NCBI GenBank assembly: GCA_043825875.1
Contig: JBDRRF010000044.1
Location: 1-34,946 of the forward strand
Length of the DNA: 34,946 nucleotides
Source: Pseudomonadota bacterium
GTDB taxonomy: Bacteria > Desulfobacterota > Desulfobacteria > Desulfobacterales > RPRI01
Reading direction: 5' to 3'
The translations under genes and the position numbers were made by a program. Shown here one piece after another: positions 1 to 9,139 of the stretch. Below the pieces are notes generated by a model. That model did no database searches. It had not been told where the DNA came from and worked only from the letters and a program-made list of their open reading frames with translations. The number at the start of each line of letters is the position of its first letter. Within the stretch, counting starts at the first letter, position 1.

Positions 1-730
1 AAATGAAAATTCATTATTTTTTGGATTTTCATTAGTCCGCAGTATTTTTTCGGTTTGCAATCTACTTTTTATGGAGAAAAAATACTACTAAACGTAGTTT
101 ATGATATTAACAACATATATAATTCTTATTTTCTATGCTGACAAATACTTATTATTATTAAACATTATACCTCTGCATCAAAAATTGTAGATTCTTCTAC
201 AACTTCTTCTGCTCTTCAGTAAAGCTGAGCGCAAAAAATAATCGCCTCTAAAACATTCAAACACCATGATTCTCCAAAATACCTTATCAAAGAATCATAG
301 ATTCAACCCATATCTCGGGCTCTGTTAAATGTTCTCTCTCCAAACAACTTGAAAAACTCAACCCGTTTTTGCTAAGAGAAAACATGGATAAAAAACTGAA
401 ATAATCTTTTCCGTTAACAACGGGCTTGAGTAACATCTTTTATAAGCCAACATTATCTATATATTACTCAGCATTTTGTAACATTTATTTATGATGTAAC
501 TGGGAACTAAGAGTGATAGATTTTATGCTATCGGAAATAGCGTAAGCTGACGAAAGGCTTGAGAATTGCCTGATAGCTAAGCTTCAGTTATAAAGAAGTA
601 TACTGAGGGCTTATTTAATTGCTGCTTTCAGGAAGCTATACTGGTAGTATCAAAAATACAGCCTAAGAACCTTACACGACTAAACAGAACAGATTTATGG
701 CAATCAACATTACATTGGTGTTTTATAATA

Positions 731-771
731 AAAAAAGCGCTTCTGTTTTTAATAATCAGAAGCGCTTTTTT
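731..771. terminator. Bidirectional intrinsic terminator downstream of the NuoF-like gene
   Basis: Perfect inverted repeat aaaaaagcgcttctg (731-745) / cagaagcgctttttt (757-771) with A/T tracts on both sides, 26 nt after the stop of 798..2423(-). Confidence 0.85.
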
Positions 772-797
772 GTTAACAGTATTATATCATAATCAAA

Positions 798-2423
798 TCA
801 TGATTCAGGCATATGACAAACACCGGCAGGACATTTTTTTTCATTGATATGCGCTTCGTATTCATGTCTGAAAAAACGAAGTGTTGTAATAACCGGGTTC
901 GGAGCGGTTTTTCCTAAAGCGCAAAGAGATGTCTTTGCAACCGCTTCACCGATTTCAAGCAGCATATCTATGTCTTCCGGCTGGCCTTTGCCCTTCGATA
1001 TATCATTTAATATATCAAACATCTGCTTAGTTCCAAGCCTGCATGGTATGCACTGCCCGCAAGATTCTCTTTGTGTGAAATCAAGAAAATATCTTGCCAC
1101 ATCAACCATACAGGTTTCTTCATCCATAACTACGATACCACCGGAACCCATTATTGATCCTGCATCATTTAGCGAATCGAAATCAACGGGAAGATCGAGC
1201 AGATGTTCGGGAAGGCAGCCACCTGAAGGGCCACCGGTCTGAACCGCCTTAAATTTTTTGCCATCGGGTATTCCCCCACCGATTCCGAATATAATTTCCC
1301 TAAGCGTAATTCCCATAGGAACTTCAATCAAGCCGTTGTTTACTACTTTACCGGTAAGAGCAAGTATTACTGTACCCTTGCTTTTTTCGGTGCCCATGCT
1401 TGAAAACCAATCGGGTCCGTTATGAATTATCTGGGGAATATAAGCCAGTGTTTTAACGTTGTTCAGTAAAGTCGGTTTGTCCCAGAGGCCAACTTCAGTA
1501 GTACGGGGACGGGGAGATGCCTTGGGCATTCCGCGTTTTCCTTCTATGGAAAGAACCAGAGCAGTTGACTCTCCGCAAACAAAAGCACCAGCTCCCTGAA
1601 AAACTTCAATGGTGAAATTAAAATCGGTTCCCAATATTTTTTTGCCGAGAAATTTCTTTCTCTTTGCCTTTGAAATAGCAGTTCTTAAACGCTTAACGGC
1701 AAGAGGATATTCAGCCCTTACATATATATAGCCTACTTTAGCGCCAATAGCATATCCGGCGATCACCATTCCTTCAAGAAGTGAATGCGGTGTTCCTTCA
1801 ATAACCGAACGATCCTGAAAAGCTCCTGGATCACCTTCATCGGCATTGCATATAACGTATTTAACATCCCCTTCTGCTTTATAGCAGGCTTCCCATTTGC
1901 GTCCTGCAGGAAAACCGGCGCCGCCAAGACCGCGAAGCCCTGAACGTTTGACCTCATCTATAACCTGTTCAGGTGTCATGGTGGTTAGAACTTTTTCCAG
2001 CGCCTTATAACCGTCTGCGGCTAAATAATCATCGATATTTTCAGGATCTATATGCCCGCAGTTTTTCAGTAGTGTACGCTGTTGTTTGTTGTAAAATGGG
2101 ATATCATTGTAATGGGGCAAAACTTTATCGGTAACAGGGTCGCGGTAAAAAAGGCGTTCAACAGGTTTGCCACCGTCTGTAAGTGATTGAGCAATTTCAG
2201 CAGTATCTTCAGTGGTCACATGAGAGTAAAAAGTCCCCTCAGGTTCAATAACTACAAGAGGGCCTCTCTGGCAAAAACCATGGCATCCGGTTTGTTTAAC
2301 TAAAACGGTATCTCCTAAATTATGTTTTTCAACTTCTTCCTGCAATGAAGAAAGAATTACTTCAGATCCTCCAGATATACAACCTGTACCCTGGCAAACA
2401 ATTATATTATGCTTATGGGACAT
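798..2423 (-). CDS. NuoF/HydB/HoxF-like NAD(P)H-binding FMN/Fe-S flavoprotein, stand-alone
   Basis: N-terminal thioredoxin-like [2Fe-2S] domain (CQGTGC...GCHGFC), GLRGLGGAGFP, CNADEGDPG, GAGAFVCGE, SLBB GGPSGG, [4Fe-4S] CGQCIPC...C and a C-terminal H...CPAGVC. RBS GGAGG upstream. Confidence 0.9.
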   Translation of the reverse strand: MSHKHNIIVCQGTGCISGGSEVILSSLQEEVEKHNLGDTVLVKQTGCHGFCQRGPLVVIEPEGTFYSHVTTEDTAEIAQSLTDGGKPVERLFYRDPVTDKVLPHYNDIPFYNKQQRTLLKNCGHIDPENIDDYLAADGYKALEKVLTTMTPEQVIDEVKRSGLRGLGGAGFPAGRKWEACYKAEGDVKYVICNADEGDPGAFQDRSVIEGTPHSLLEGMVIAGYAIGAKVGYIYVRAEYPLAVKRLRTAISKAKRKKFLGKKILGTDFNFTIEVFQGAGAFVCGESTALVLSIEGKRGMPKASPRPRTTEVGLWDKPTLLNNVKTLAYIPQIIHNGPDWFSSMGTEKSKGTVILALTGKVVNNGLIEVPMGITLREIIFGIGGGIPDGKKFKAVQTGGPSGGCLPEHLLDLPVDFDSLNDAGSIMGSGGIVVMDEETCMVDVARYFLDFTQRESCGQCIPCRLGTKQMFDILNDISKGKGQPEDIDMLLEIGEAVAKTSLCALGKTAPNPVITTLRFFRHEYEAHINEKKCPAGVCHMPES

Positions 2424-2678
2424 ATTAACATTACCTCCTCAATAAAAATCTCTTTGAGACCTTTTGACCGATTAGGGCTAATATTGCAATACAACATGTA
2501 TTTTTGCGGATAAAAATTGCCCTTAATTGAGACTGAGCAAAATTTAACGCTTCTTATGGTCTCACTTTAAAATCAAAAAGAAAAATCTGTTATGCAATCT
2601 TGCTCAAAGCAGGACTTTTGATAAAAATCAAGTAATACTTTATTTTGAAATATTTTTTTTTGTATTTCCGGAATAGAA

Positions 2679-2715
2679 TTGAAGCGCCTTGCTGCAAACA
2701 GCAAGAAATCTTCAA
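2679..2715. repeat. Imperfect palindromic element (REP-like or IS200/IS605-end-like remnant)
   Basis: ttgaag-cgc-cttgctg-caaa-cagcaag-aaat-cttcaa: nested stem with a 4-nt loop. The family assignment is by resemblance only. Confidence 0.35.
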
Positions 2716-2865
2716 CTATAACAACTTGAGACCTTTACATAATATGTGATTTTGCACGATTAGTATTATTTGTTAGAAAGAATATGAAGTTCTTTAATAC
2801 CTTTGTTAAACTTATGCAAAATCAGCCATTATATATAAGATCCGGCTTATGAGTGGTTTTAGATT

Positions 2866-2895
2866 GCTAACCCTGCATACAAATGCAGGGTTAGC
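2866..2895 (-). terminator. Strong hairpin after the OYE pair (terminator or 3' stabiliser)
   Basis: Perfect 13-bp stem gctaaccctgcat-acaa-atgcagggttagc, 45 nt after the stop at 2941. There is no clear U-tract on the minus strand. Confidence 0.55.
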
Positions 2896-2940
2896 TCTTG
2901 CTTTTGCGGTTTATGTGTTACAACTGCTTATAAATATAGG

Positions 2941-4899
2941 CTATATCTTTAAGGCTGTCATATAGCCGTCCATTATGGCATCTTTTACTCTTCCGGGTTT
3001 ATTGGAATCGCCGATTCTATGTACTGAAACTTTTCCTTCAAGCTCTTTTGCAAGGGCATGTTCCGATTTATAACCGGCAGCAACTACTATTGTATCGCCT
3101 TCAAAAAATGCTTCATTTGGTCCGTATTGAAAAGTTGTCCGTTCTCCCCACACTCCATATTCCGTGATTCGGGTAACCATAAGATCGGTTTCCATCTGAA
3201 GTTTTGCTTTTTTCAATCGCATCATCAAATCAAATCTCAATGCGCGGGGCACATCACTGGCAACACGCGGAAGCATTTCCAGCATAACCATTTTCTTACC
3301 CTTTTGAAGCAGAAATTCTGCAACTTCGCATCCAACCATACCACCGCCGATAATAACCGTCATATCTCCGACTTCTTTTTTACCCATGAGCACGTCAGTA
3401 CCTAATATTACGTTAGATTTTGCCATGCCCGGAACTTTTGGTATAAAAGGTTTTGTCCCGGTTGAGATAATGACTTCATCCGGATTCATTTCAAATACAT
3501 CGCTTAAAGTCGCTGCCTTGCCTGTTTTAAGTTCTATGCCGCTTTTTGCGATTTGTGTACGATAATAATCGACAAGATATTGAGTGTCTTCTTTATGCGG
3601 TGCAACAGCTGCCACTGCGAGCATACCGCCGACCTTATCCTGTTTTTCCATCAAAGTTACATCATGGCCTCTTTGTTTGGCAACAAGGGCAGCTTCCATA
3701 CCGCCAGGTCCGCCACCTACTATAAGAATCTTTTTAGCCTTTTTTGCTTTAGGCGGTTCTTCACTGTACTGATATTCAATGCCTAATCTGGGATTTACGC
3801 TGCAAATGCACGGAGTATCAACAGTTTCAAGACACCATGCACAGCACATACACGGACGGATATCTTCAAAACGGCCTTCTTTTGCTTTATTGCATGTTGC
3901 AGGATCGGAAAGCAACTGACGGCCAAGAGTCATAATATCTATCTTGCCTTCGCTTATTGCTTTTTCCGCATCTCTTAAATCATTGGTTCTGTCTCCGCAG
4001 ATTATAGGAATCTTAACATTTTTCTTTACAGTTTCACCAAGATATAAATACTGTCCTGGTCTTACCGAATTGCTGAGCATTCCGACAGGAGCTTCATGCC
4101 AGCCTACAACAACATCTACTGCGCAAATTCCCATGTCTACGAGTCTGGGAACGATTTCTGTTGCGCATTCTTCCAGGGTATATCCGTGTTTAGTAAACTG
4201 GGCTCCTGAAATTTTTGCTAAGATCGGAAAATCACTGCCTGCGTGATTTTTTATGCTTTCAATGATTTCACGAATAATTCTCATTCTGCCGTCAAGATCT
4301 CCGCCGTACTCATCGGTTCTCTTGTTTGTTTCGGTAGAAATAAAGCGGGCAAGCGTATAACCTGCGCCAAGCATCAGCTCAACACCGTCAAAACCGGCCG
4401 TTCTCAGTCTCTTTGCGCATTGACCATAAGTTTCGACAATTATCTGGATTTCCTGGATGGTTAAAGGTCTTTCAAGAAGTCTTTTCGCATTTGTTGGAGT
4501 ACCAACCCTAAACGGTGTGCTGGGTCTGCCAAGAAGATTTACTCCTGAAGGACCTATTATTTCTACAGGACCATCACCAAAAGCCCAACCATAACCTGTT
4601 CCGAACTGCCCGACAATTTTGGTACCGTGTTTATGAACGGCATCAACTGTCATTGCAAGGCCGGGGATAAACTTATCATCATGGGTCCATGGGAAATAAC
4701 CATGTTCAGTTCTGTATGGCCATAATGCCCAATCTATAATACCGACACCGCCTTTGGCTCTTTCTTCAAAAAACCGCGCGAAACGCTCAGTTGAACGTCC
4801 GTCTTCAGCATAACCGAGTGCCATCGGAGACATCCGCACCCTGTTTTGTATCTCGATGCCGTTTATATTTATTGGACTGAATACATTTTTAAGAGTCAT
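2941..4899 (-). CDS. Old Yellow Enzyme, FadH (2,4-dienoyl-CoA reductase)-type FMN/FAD/[4Fe-4S] oxidoreductase with intact NADH-binding motif
   Basis: TIM barrel start FSPININGIEIQNRVRMSPM, GAGYTLARF, NKRTDEYGG, GWHE, Cys cluster CMCCAWC...CSVNP, FAD motif GGGPGG and second Rossmann motif IGGGMVG. Confidence 0.9.
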   Translation of the reverse strand: MTLKNVFSPININGIEIQNRVRMSPMALGYAEDGRSTERFARFFEERAKGGVGIIDWALWPYRTEHGYFPWTHDDKFIPGLAMTVDAVHKHGTKIVGQFGTGYGWAFGDGPVEIIGPSGVNLLGRPSTPFRVGTPTNAKRLLERPLTIQEIQIIVETYGQCAKRLRTAGFDGVELMLGAGYTLARFISTETNKRTDEYGGDLDGRMRIIREIIESIKNHAGSDFPILAKISGAQFTKHGYTLEECATEIVPRLVDMGICAVDVVVGWHEAPVGMLSNSVRPGQYLYLGETVKKNVKIPIICGDRTNDLRDAEKAISEGKIDIMTLGRQLLSDPATCNKAKEGRFEDIRPCMCCAWCLETVDTPCICSVNPRLGIEYQYSEEPPKAKKAKKILIVGGGPGGMEAALVAKQRGHDVTLMEKQDKVGGMLAVAAVAPHKEDTQYLVDYYRTQIAKSGIELKTGKAATLSDVFEMNPDEVIISTGTKPFIPKVPGMAKSNVILGTDVLMGKKEVGDMTVIIGGGMVGCEVAEFLLQKGKKMVMLEMLPRVASDVPRALRFDLMMRLKKAKLQMETDLMVTRITEYGVWGERTTFQYGPNEAFFEGDTIVVAAGYKSEHALAKELEGKVSVHRIGDSNKPGRVKDAIMDGYMTALKI

Positions 4900-5067
4900 T
4901 TCAATCCTCCTTTTAAAATAGAATTCTCCTTCCCGGTCTTATACGTATATGCTGCCGGAAAGGAGATAATATATATCATAATTGACTATAAGAAGCTGTT
5001 TAAATGACCTGATATTAATATGTTGGCCATGTATCATAAAGGCAGCTTCAATACACATGGCTTGTAA

Positions 5068-7044
5068 TTAAATCTTTACACCCATTTTATAGCCGTCATG
5101 AATTGCTTCATAAAGTTTTCTTACTCCTGCACAATCGCCAATGGAGTATACTTCCGGAGCTATTGTGGTACCAACGGCTTTTGCAAGTGCATCTTCTGAA
5201 TCCATGCCTTCGGCTACAACTACAGTGTCAGCTTCAATACTTACATCTTTTCCGCCTGCAGTAGAAATTTCAACACCGTCGTCAGTAATTTCATTAACTG
5301 TAACATTGGTCATACTCTTCATATTTAGTTTGGCCATAAGTCTTCTATGTTGAAGAATATTGAAGATGTTAACGTCAAAGCAAATGTGCTTGCCTTTTTC
5401 CAGAATAGTAACTTCTTTACCCTGCTCAGCAACATACTCTGCCGTTTGAATAGATATTTCATTGCCGCCTATAAATACGACTTTGTCACCTAATTTAACT
5501 TTTCCTTCAAGAACGTCAAATACGTTTGTAACTATTTTACTGTCGATTCCGTCTATTTTAGGTCTGGAAGGTTTGCCGCCTGTAGCAATTACAAGAACTT
5601 CCGGAGCTTCTGCCTTAATGGAATCTGCGGTAGCTTCGGTATTAAGTTTTAACTTGATTCCAAGTTTCTCAATCTGTGCTTTGTAATAACGAATTGTTTC
5701 AGCCCAATCATAAAGCAGGGGCGATTTTACACCCAATTTTACTTCTCCACCAATAGAATCGCTTTTTTCTACTATTGTTACATCATGTCCTCTGATTGCT
5801 GCAAGCCTGGCGCATTCCATACCGGAAGGACCGGCGCCGATAATAAGTACTTTCTTTTTCTTCGCAGCAGGATTGATAGCATATGCTGGATCCCATTCAT
5901 TTCCTACTCTTGGATTTATCATACAACCCATGACAGCATCAATGAATACGTAGTAAAAGCAGCCCTGGTTACATGCGGTACAGGTATTAATATCTTCAGG
6001 ACGTCCTTCGGTAACTTTTTGGGGAAGATAAGGATCGGCAATACCGGGACGGCACATTTCCCAAATATCTATTCTTCCATCTGCAACTGCTTTTTCAGCT
6101 ACATCGGGTTGATTCATACGATAAGCCATACAAATAGGAGCTTTGATTTTGGCTTTTTTCCATTCATCTGCAAGATGCAGCCAGTCACCGGGTCTTTTCT
6201 CAGCAGTAATTGCAGCACCCGGAGATTCATGCCAGCCTACAGTAATACTGAAAAGGTCAATCCTAACAGCAGCTTCGCACATTTTGGCAATTTCAATATA
6301 TTCTTCGTTGGTATTTCCGCCTTCGATAAGGTCTGTGGCGTTGAGCCTCATAACAAGAGGATAATCATCTCCAACTTCCTTTCTGATTCCTTTTAAAATT
6401 TCAATAAGGAATCTTGCCCTGTTTTCAAGTGAGCCGCCCCACTTATCTGTTCTTTTATTTGTCCATCTGCTCAAGAAATCAGCAATAAGATATCCAACTA
6501 TTGCGCATACCTCAACACCGTGCCATCCGGTTTGTTTAAACATTCTGGCAGCAACTATATGAGCTTGAATCTGCTCTTCTATTTCTTCATTAGTCATCTC
6601 ACGGCAGGGTGAATAACGTTTTATCGGGCTTGACATTGCTGTTGGTCCGACAGGCTCGGGACCGACTGTCTTGCCTCCGGCGATTGCTTCATGGATGCCA
6701 TATTCATGGGCATGACCATATCTACCGGTATGCATAATCTGTCCTATTGACATAGCACCTTCAGCATTAATTGCATCGGCCAACACCTTAAGGCCGGCAA
6801 GATGGCTTTCTTCTACCAGGCCCATCTGGCCTACATAGCCTTTACCCAGAATATGGGTATATCCACCCTGAGAAACCACGATACCAAAACCGCCTTTTGC
6901 TCTTTCTCTAAGGTATTCTATCTCACGATCAATAACATTACCATTTTTCGTATCACAGAAATTATCAACAGTTGCGGCATATTTCATTCTGTTTTTTACT
7001 TCATGATTTCCAATTTTAATGGGCTTACACAAATTTTCAAACAT
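5068..7044 (-). CDS. Old Yellow Enzyme, FadH-type FMN/FAD/[4Fe-4S] oxidoreductase with degenerate NAD(P)H site (candidate aryl-CoA reductase)
   Basis: KPIKIGNHEVKNR, VGYLIADFLS, NKRTDKWGGSLENRARF, GWHE, CTACNQGC...CMINP and FAD motif GAGPSG. The second Rossmann motif reads IGGNEIS. RBS AGGAGG upstream. Confidence 0.9.
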   Translation of the reverse strand: MFENLCKPIKIGNHEVKNRMKYAATVDNFCDTKNGNVIDREIEYLRERAKGGFGIVVSQGGYTHILGKGYVGQMGLVEESHLAGLKVLADAINAEGAMSIGQIMHTGRYGHAHEYGIHEAIAGGKTVGPEPVGPTAMSSPIKRYSPCREMTNEEIEEQIQAHIVAARMFKQTGWHGVEVCAIVGYLIADFLSRWTNKRTDKWGGSLENRARFLIEILKGIRKEVGDDYPLVMRLNATDLIEGGNTNEEYIEIAKMCEAAVRIDLFSITVGWHESPGAAITAEKRPGDWLHLADEWKKAKIKAPICMAYRMNQPDVAEKAVADGRIDIWEMCRPGIADPYLPQKVTEGRPEDINTCTACNQGCFYYVFIDAVMGCMINPRVGNEWDPAYAINPAAKKKKVLIIGAGPSGMECARLAAIRGHDVTIVEKSDSIGGEVKLGVKSPLLYDWAETIRYYKAQIEKLGIKLKLNTEATADSIKAEAPEVLVIATGGKPSRPKIDGIDSKIVTNVFDVLEGKVKLGDKVVFIGGNEISIQTAEYVAEQGKEVTILEKGKHICFDVNIFNILQHRRLMAKLNMKSMTNVTVNEITDDGVEISTAGGKDVSIEADTVVVAEGMDSEDALAKAVGTTIAPEVYSIGDCAGVRKLYEAIHDGYKMGVKI

Positions 7045-7235
7045 AATAATTACTCCTCCTTTTGTTAATATTAATTCAATGTTGTATTAGAAAACAGAAA
7101 AAATGGTCACCTTTATAAAAACACAATTAGGATGACTAACTATCTTAAAAAACCCTAAATACCATGATTTGCCAAAGGAACCGGTTAAAGGTGGCCATAT
7201 CTACAGAAGATCCGGGTTTTGCAGCATATAAAAAG

Positions 7236-7281
7236 CGAACAAGCGTTCGTTCTTAATACCTCAGGTATTAATTTACGTCAA
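7236..7281 (-). promoter_or_regulatory. Putative promoter of the OYE pair overlapped by two palindromic operators
   Basis: Minus strand TTGACG (7281-7276), 17 nt, TATTAA (7258-7253). Palindromes ttaatacct-c-aggtattaa (7253-7271) and cgaac-aagc-gttcg (7236-7249). Confidence 0.5.
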
Positions 7282-7400
7282 GGAAAAAAAAGTATCAAGA
7301 GCTATTTGAATATTTGACGGAATAAATTTGATAATATCATAAAAAACCCATTAATTTTCATTTATTTCAATATGATATATAAACAGATCCAAAATTATTT

Positions 7401-9068
7401 TTAAGCATTGGTGGATGCCTGCTCTCCGGCAACATATCCGGATGTATAAGCCAGATGACAATCGGCAAGTACCGATCCTCCCATCATATTTTCGCCTATA
7501 GCCCCTCCTGCCGTATGAAAGGCTGCATAAAGACCGGGTATCACAGAGCAATTTGTATCCAAAACCTGAAAGTTTTCATTAACCCGCAGACCGCACTGAC
7601 TGGCTCCTATATTTGAACCTACCTTTATGCCATAAAACGGGGGATTCTTAATCGGAATAAGAAATTCGGTTTTTTTCCCGAATTCATGATCAACACCTGC
7701 TTCACATGTCTTATTGTAGCTAACGACTCTTTCTTCAAACCTGGCCGGGTCAAGCTCCAGCTTTTGTGCAAGCCCTTCTATGGTCGGGTCTGTTTTTATC
7801 ATTTCCAGATCAATAGCTTTTTTTACTGCTATTCGCCAGTCTTTCGGGCATATGCTTTCATTCCATTTATCCATTCCTGGAAGATCCGGCGTAAGGGCAT
7901 GTTCACAGAATTCTCCTTTAAAAATACCAATATTATTTTCATAATCATTATCGAATATCACATAGGCTCGGCCTCCGGGCTGGGACATAATGGCCGACCC
8001 TTTACTTATGAATCCCATTTGCAAAGCGGATGGGTCTTCATTTATAAATCTTTCGCAGCTTTTATTTATGAAAAGCCAGGGTTGCCTTGATAACTGCACA
8101 TCTCCTGAGTAAAGATAGCGGTAAAAAGAGCCGGTTTTTTCAAAGTAAGGTATTCCTCCATCAAAAATTGAAATGGAGTTTACCCCGGCAATATCCGCAC
8201 CTGCACCAAGCCCCATACGGAATACACCACCCATTGCAGACGGCATATCCATGGATGCCCCACAGCCTATGTAAGCTTGAGGAATATAGATTTTAAGCAA
8301 TTCACGGTTGTTGGACAAACCGCCTGCGGCAAGAATAACGCCTTTTTTGGCTTTCAGATACATATATTCTTTGCCTCTTCTTACTTTAAGTCCTACAATC
8401 CGGTTATCTTTTTTCACCAGAGCGGAAGCATGCGTTTTAAACAGGTATTTTACACCTTTTTCCCTGCCCAGCTTTTCAAGCAAGTCGGTTACGTCTTTTT
8501 GCGCCATTAGCCAATGTTTATCCAACGTTCCTTTAGGTACATGACAATTGGGCATATTCCAAAGAGTCATTACTTCCCATTCTATACCAAGATCCTCTAT
8601 CCAATCCATAGTTTCAGCGCCTTTATATAGGATGGTACGGAGCAGATGGGGATTTATCGAATAATTGGAACCGGCCAGAGCCATATTGTAAATTACTTCC
8701 ATCGGCGGAAGATTGATATCATTCATGCGCTTTTGGGCTTTACTTCCAAAACATATTGCTCCTGTGGCATGCTGGGTGGCACCGCCGGTCTCAGCTCCCA
8801 TTTCAATCAGAATTACAGAAGCACCTTTTTGTGCTGCACGAAGAGCAGCGGCCAGGCCGGCCCCACCGCCGCCAACAACTATCAGATCAGCTTCATCATC
8901 CCACTTATCGGGTTCTTTGACAGGCAAGATCGGATCAGTCTTGGCTGAAACCGGTTTTTTAGATTTTTCACCTGTTTTAACAGAATATATCATTCCCGTT
9001 AGTCCGGGCGGGGGTGAACTAACAGAAACACAATCTTTTTCTTCTTTACCAATACTATTTTTACTCAT
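7401..9068 (-). CDS. FAD-dependent oxidoreductase, FAD_binding_2 family (flavocytochrome c flavin subunit / KstD / TcuA-like)
   Basis: WDDEADLIVVGGGGAGLAAA, GVILAAGG, PPFYG, GLRVNENFQVLD and IPGLYAA. No Tat motif. The fumarate-reductase catalytic motifs are not conserved. Confidence 0.85.
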   Translation of the reverse strand: MSKNSIGKEEKDCVSVSSPPPGLTGMIYSVKTGEKSKKPVSAKTDPILPVKEPDKWDDEADLIVVGGGGAGLAAALRAAQKGASVILIEMGAETGGATQHATGAICFGSKAQKRMNDINLPPMEVIYNMALAGSNYSINPHLLRTILYKGAETMDWIEDLGIEWEVMTLWNMPNCHVPKGTLDKHWLMAQKDVTDLLEKLGREKGVKYLFKTHASALVKKDNRIVGLKVRRGKEYMYLKAKKGVILAAGGLSNNRELLKIYIPQAYIGCGASMDMPSAMGGVFRMGLGAGADIAGVNSISIFDGGIPYFEKTGSFYRYLYSGDVQLSRQPWLFINKSCERFINEDPSALQMGFISKGSAIMSQPGGRAYVIFDNDYENNIGIFKGEFCEHALTPDLPGMDKWNESICPKDWRIAVKKAIDLEMIKTDPTIEGLAQKLELDPARFEERVVSYNKTCEAGVDHEFGKKTEFLIPIKNPPFYGIKVGSNIGASQCGLRVNENFQVLDTNCSVIPGLYAAFHTAGGAIGENMMGGSVLADCHLAYTSGYVAGEQASTNA

Positions 9069-9139
9069 TCCTGATTCCTCCTGTTTTTTACAAAATAATG
9101 GCTTTTTTAGAAGCCATCATACATATAATTTTGCGGCAT

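Noticed and set aside
185..202. ttgtaga-ttct-tctacaa hairpin resembling a Cas12a repeat
   Set aside because: Single copy, no spacers and no cas genes.
547..575. Hammerhead-like CTGACGA...stem...GATA
   Set aside because: The required GAAA is GATA, and I could not build stems I and III.
757..800. Selenocysteine read-through of the NuoF-like TGA
   Set aside because: The TGA is not at a Cys position, the read-through peptide is short with no ferredoxin motif, and the hairpin is a terminator.
798..2423. Complex I nuo operon
   Set aside because: No other nuo genes are present, and the N-terminal [2Fe-2S] domain points to a soluble HydB-like module.
5785..6396. 203-aa antisense ORF and other shadow ORFs such as 28969-29535 and 844-1242
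   Set aside because: They lie opposite well-supported genes and show no recognisable motifs.
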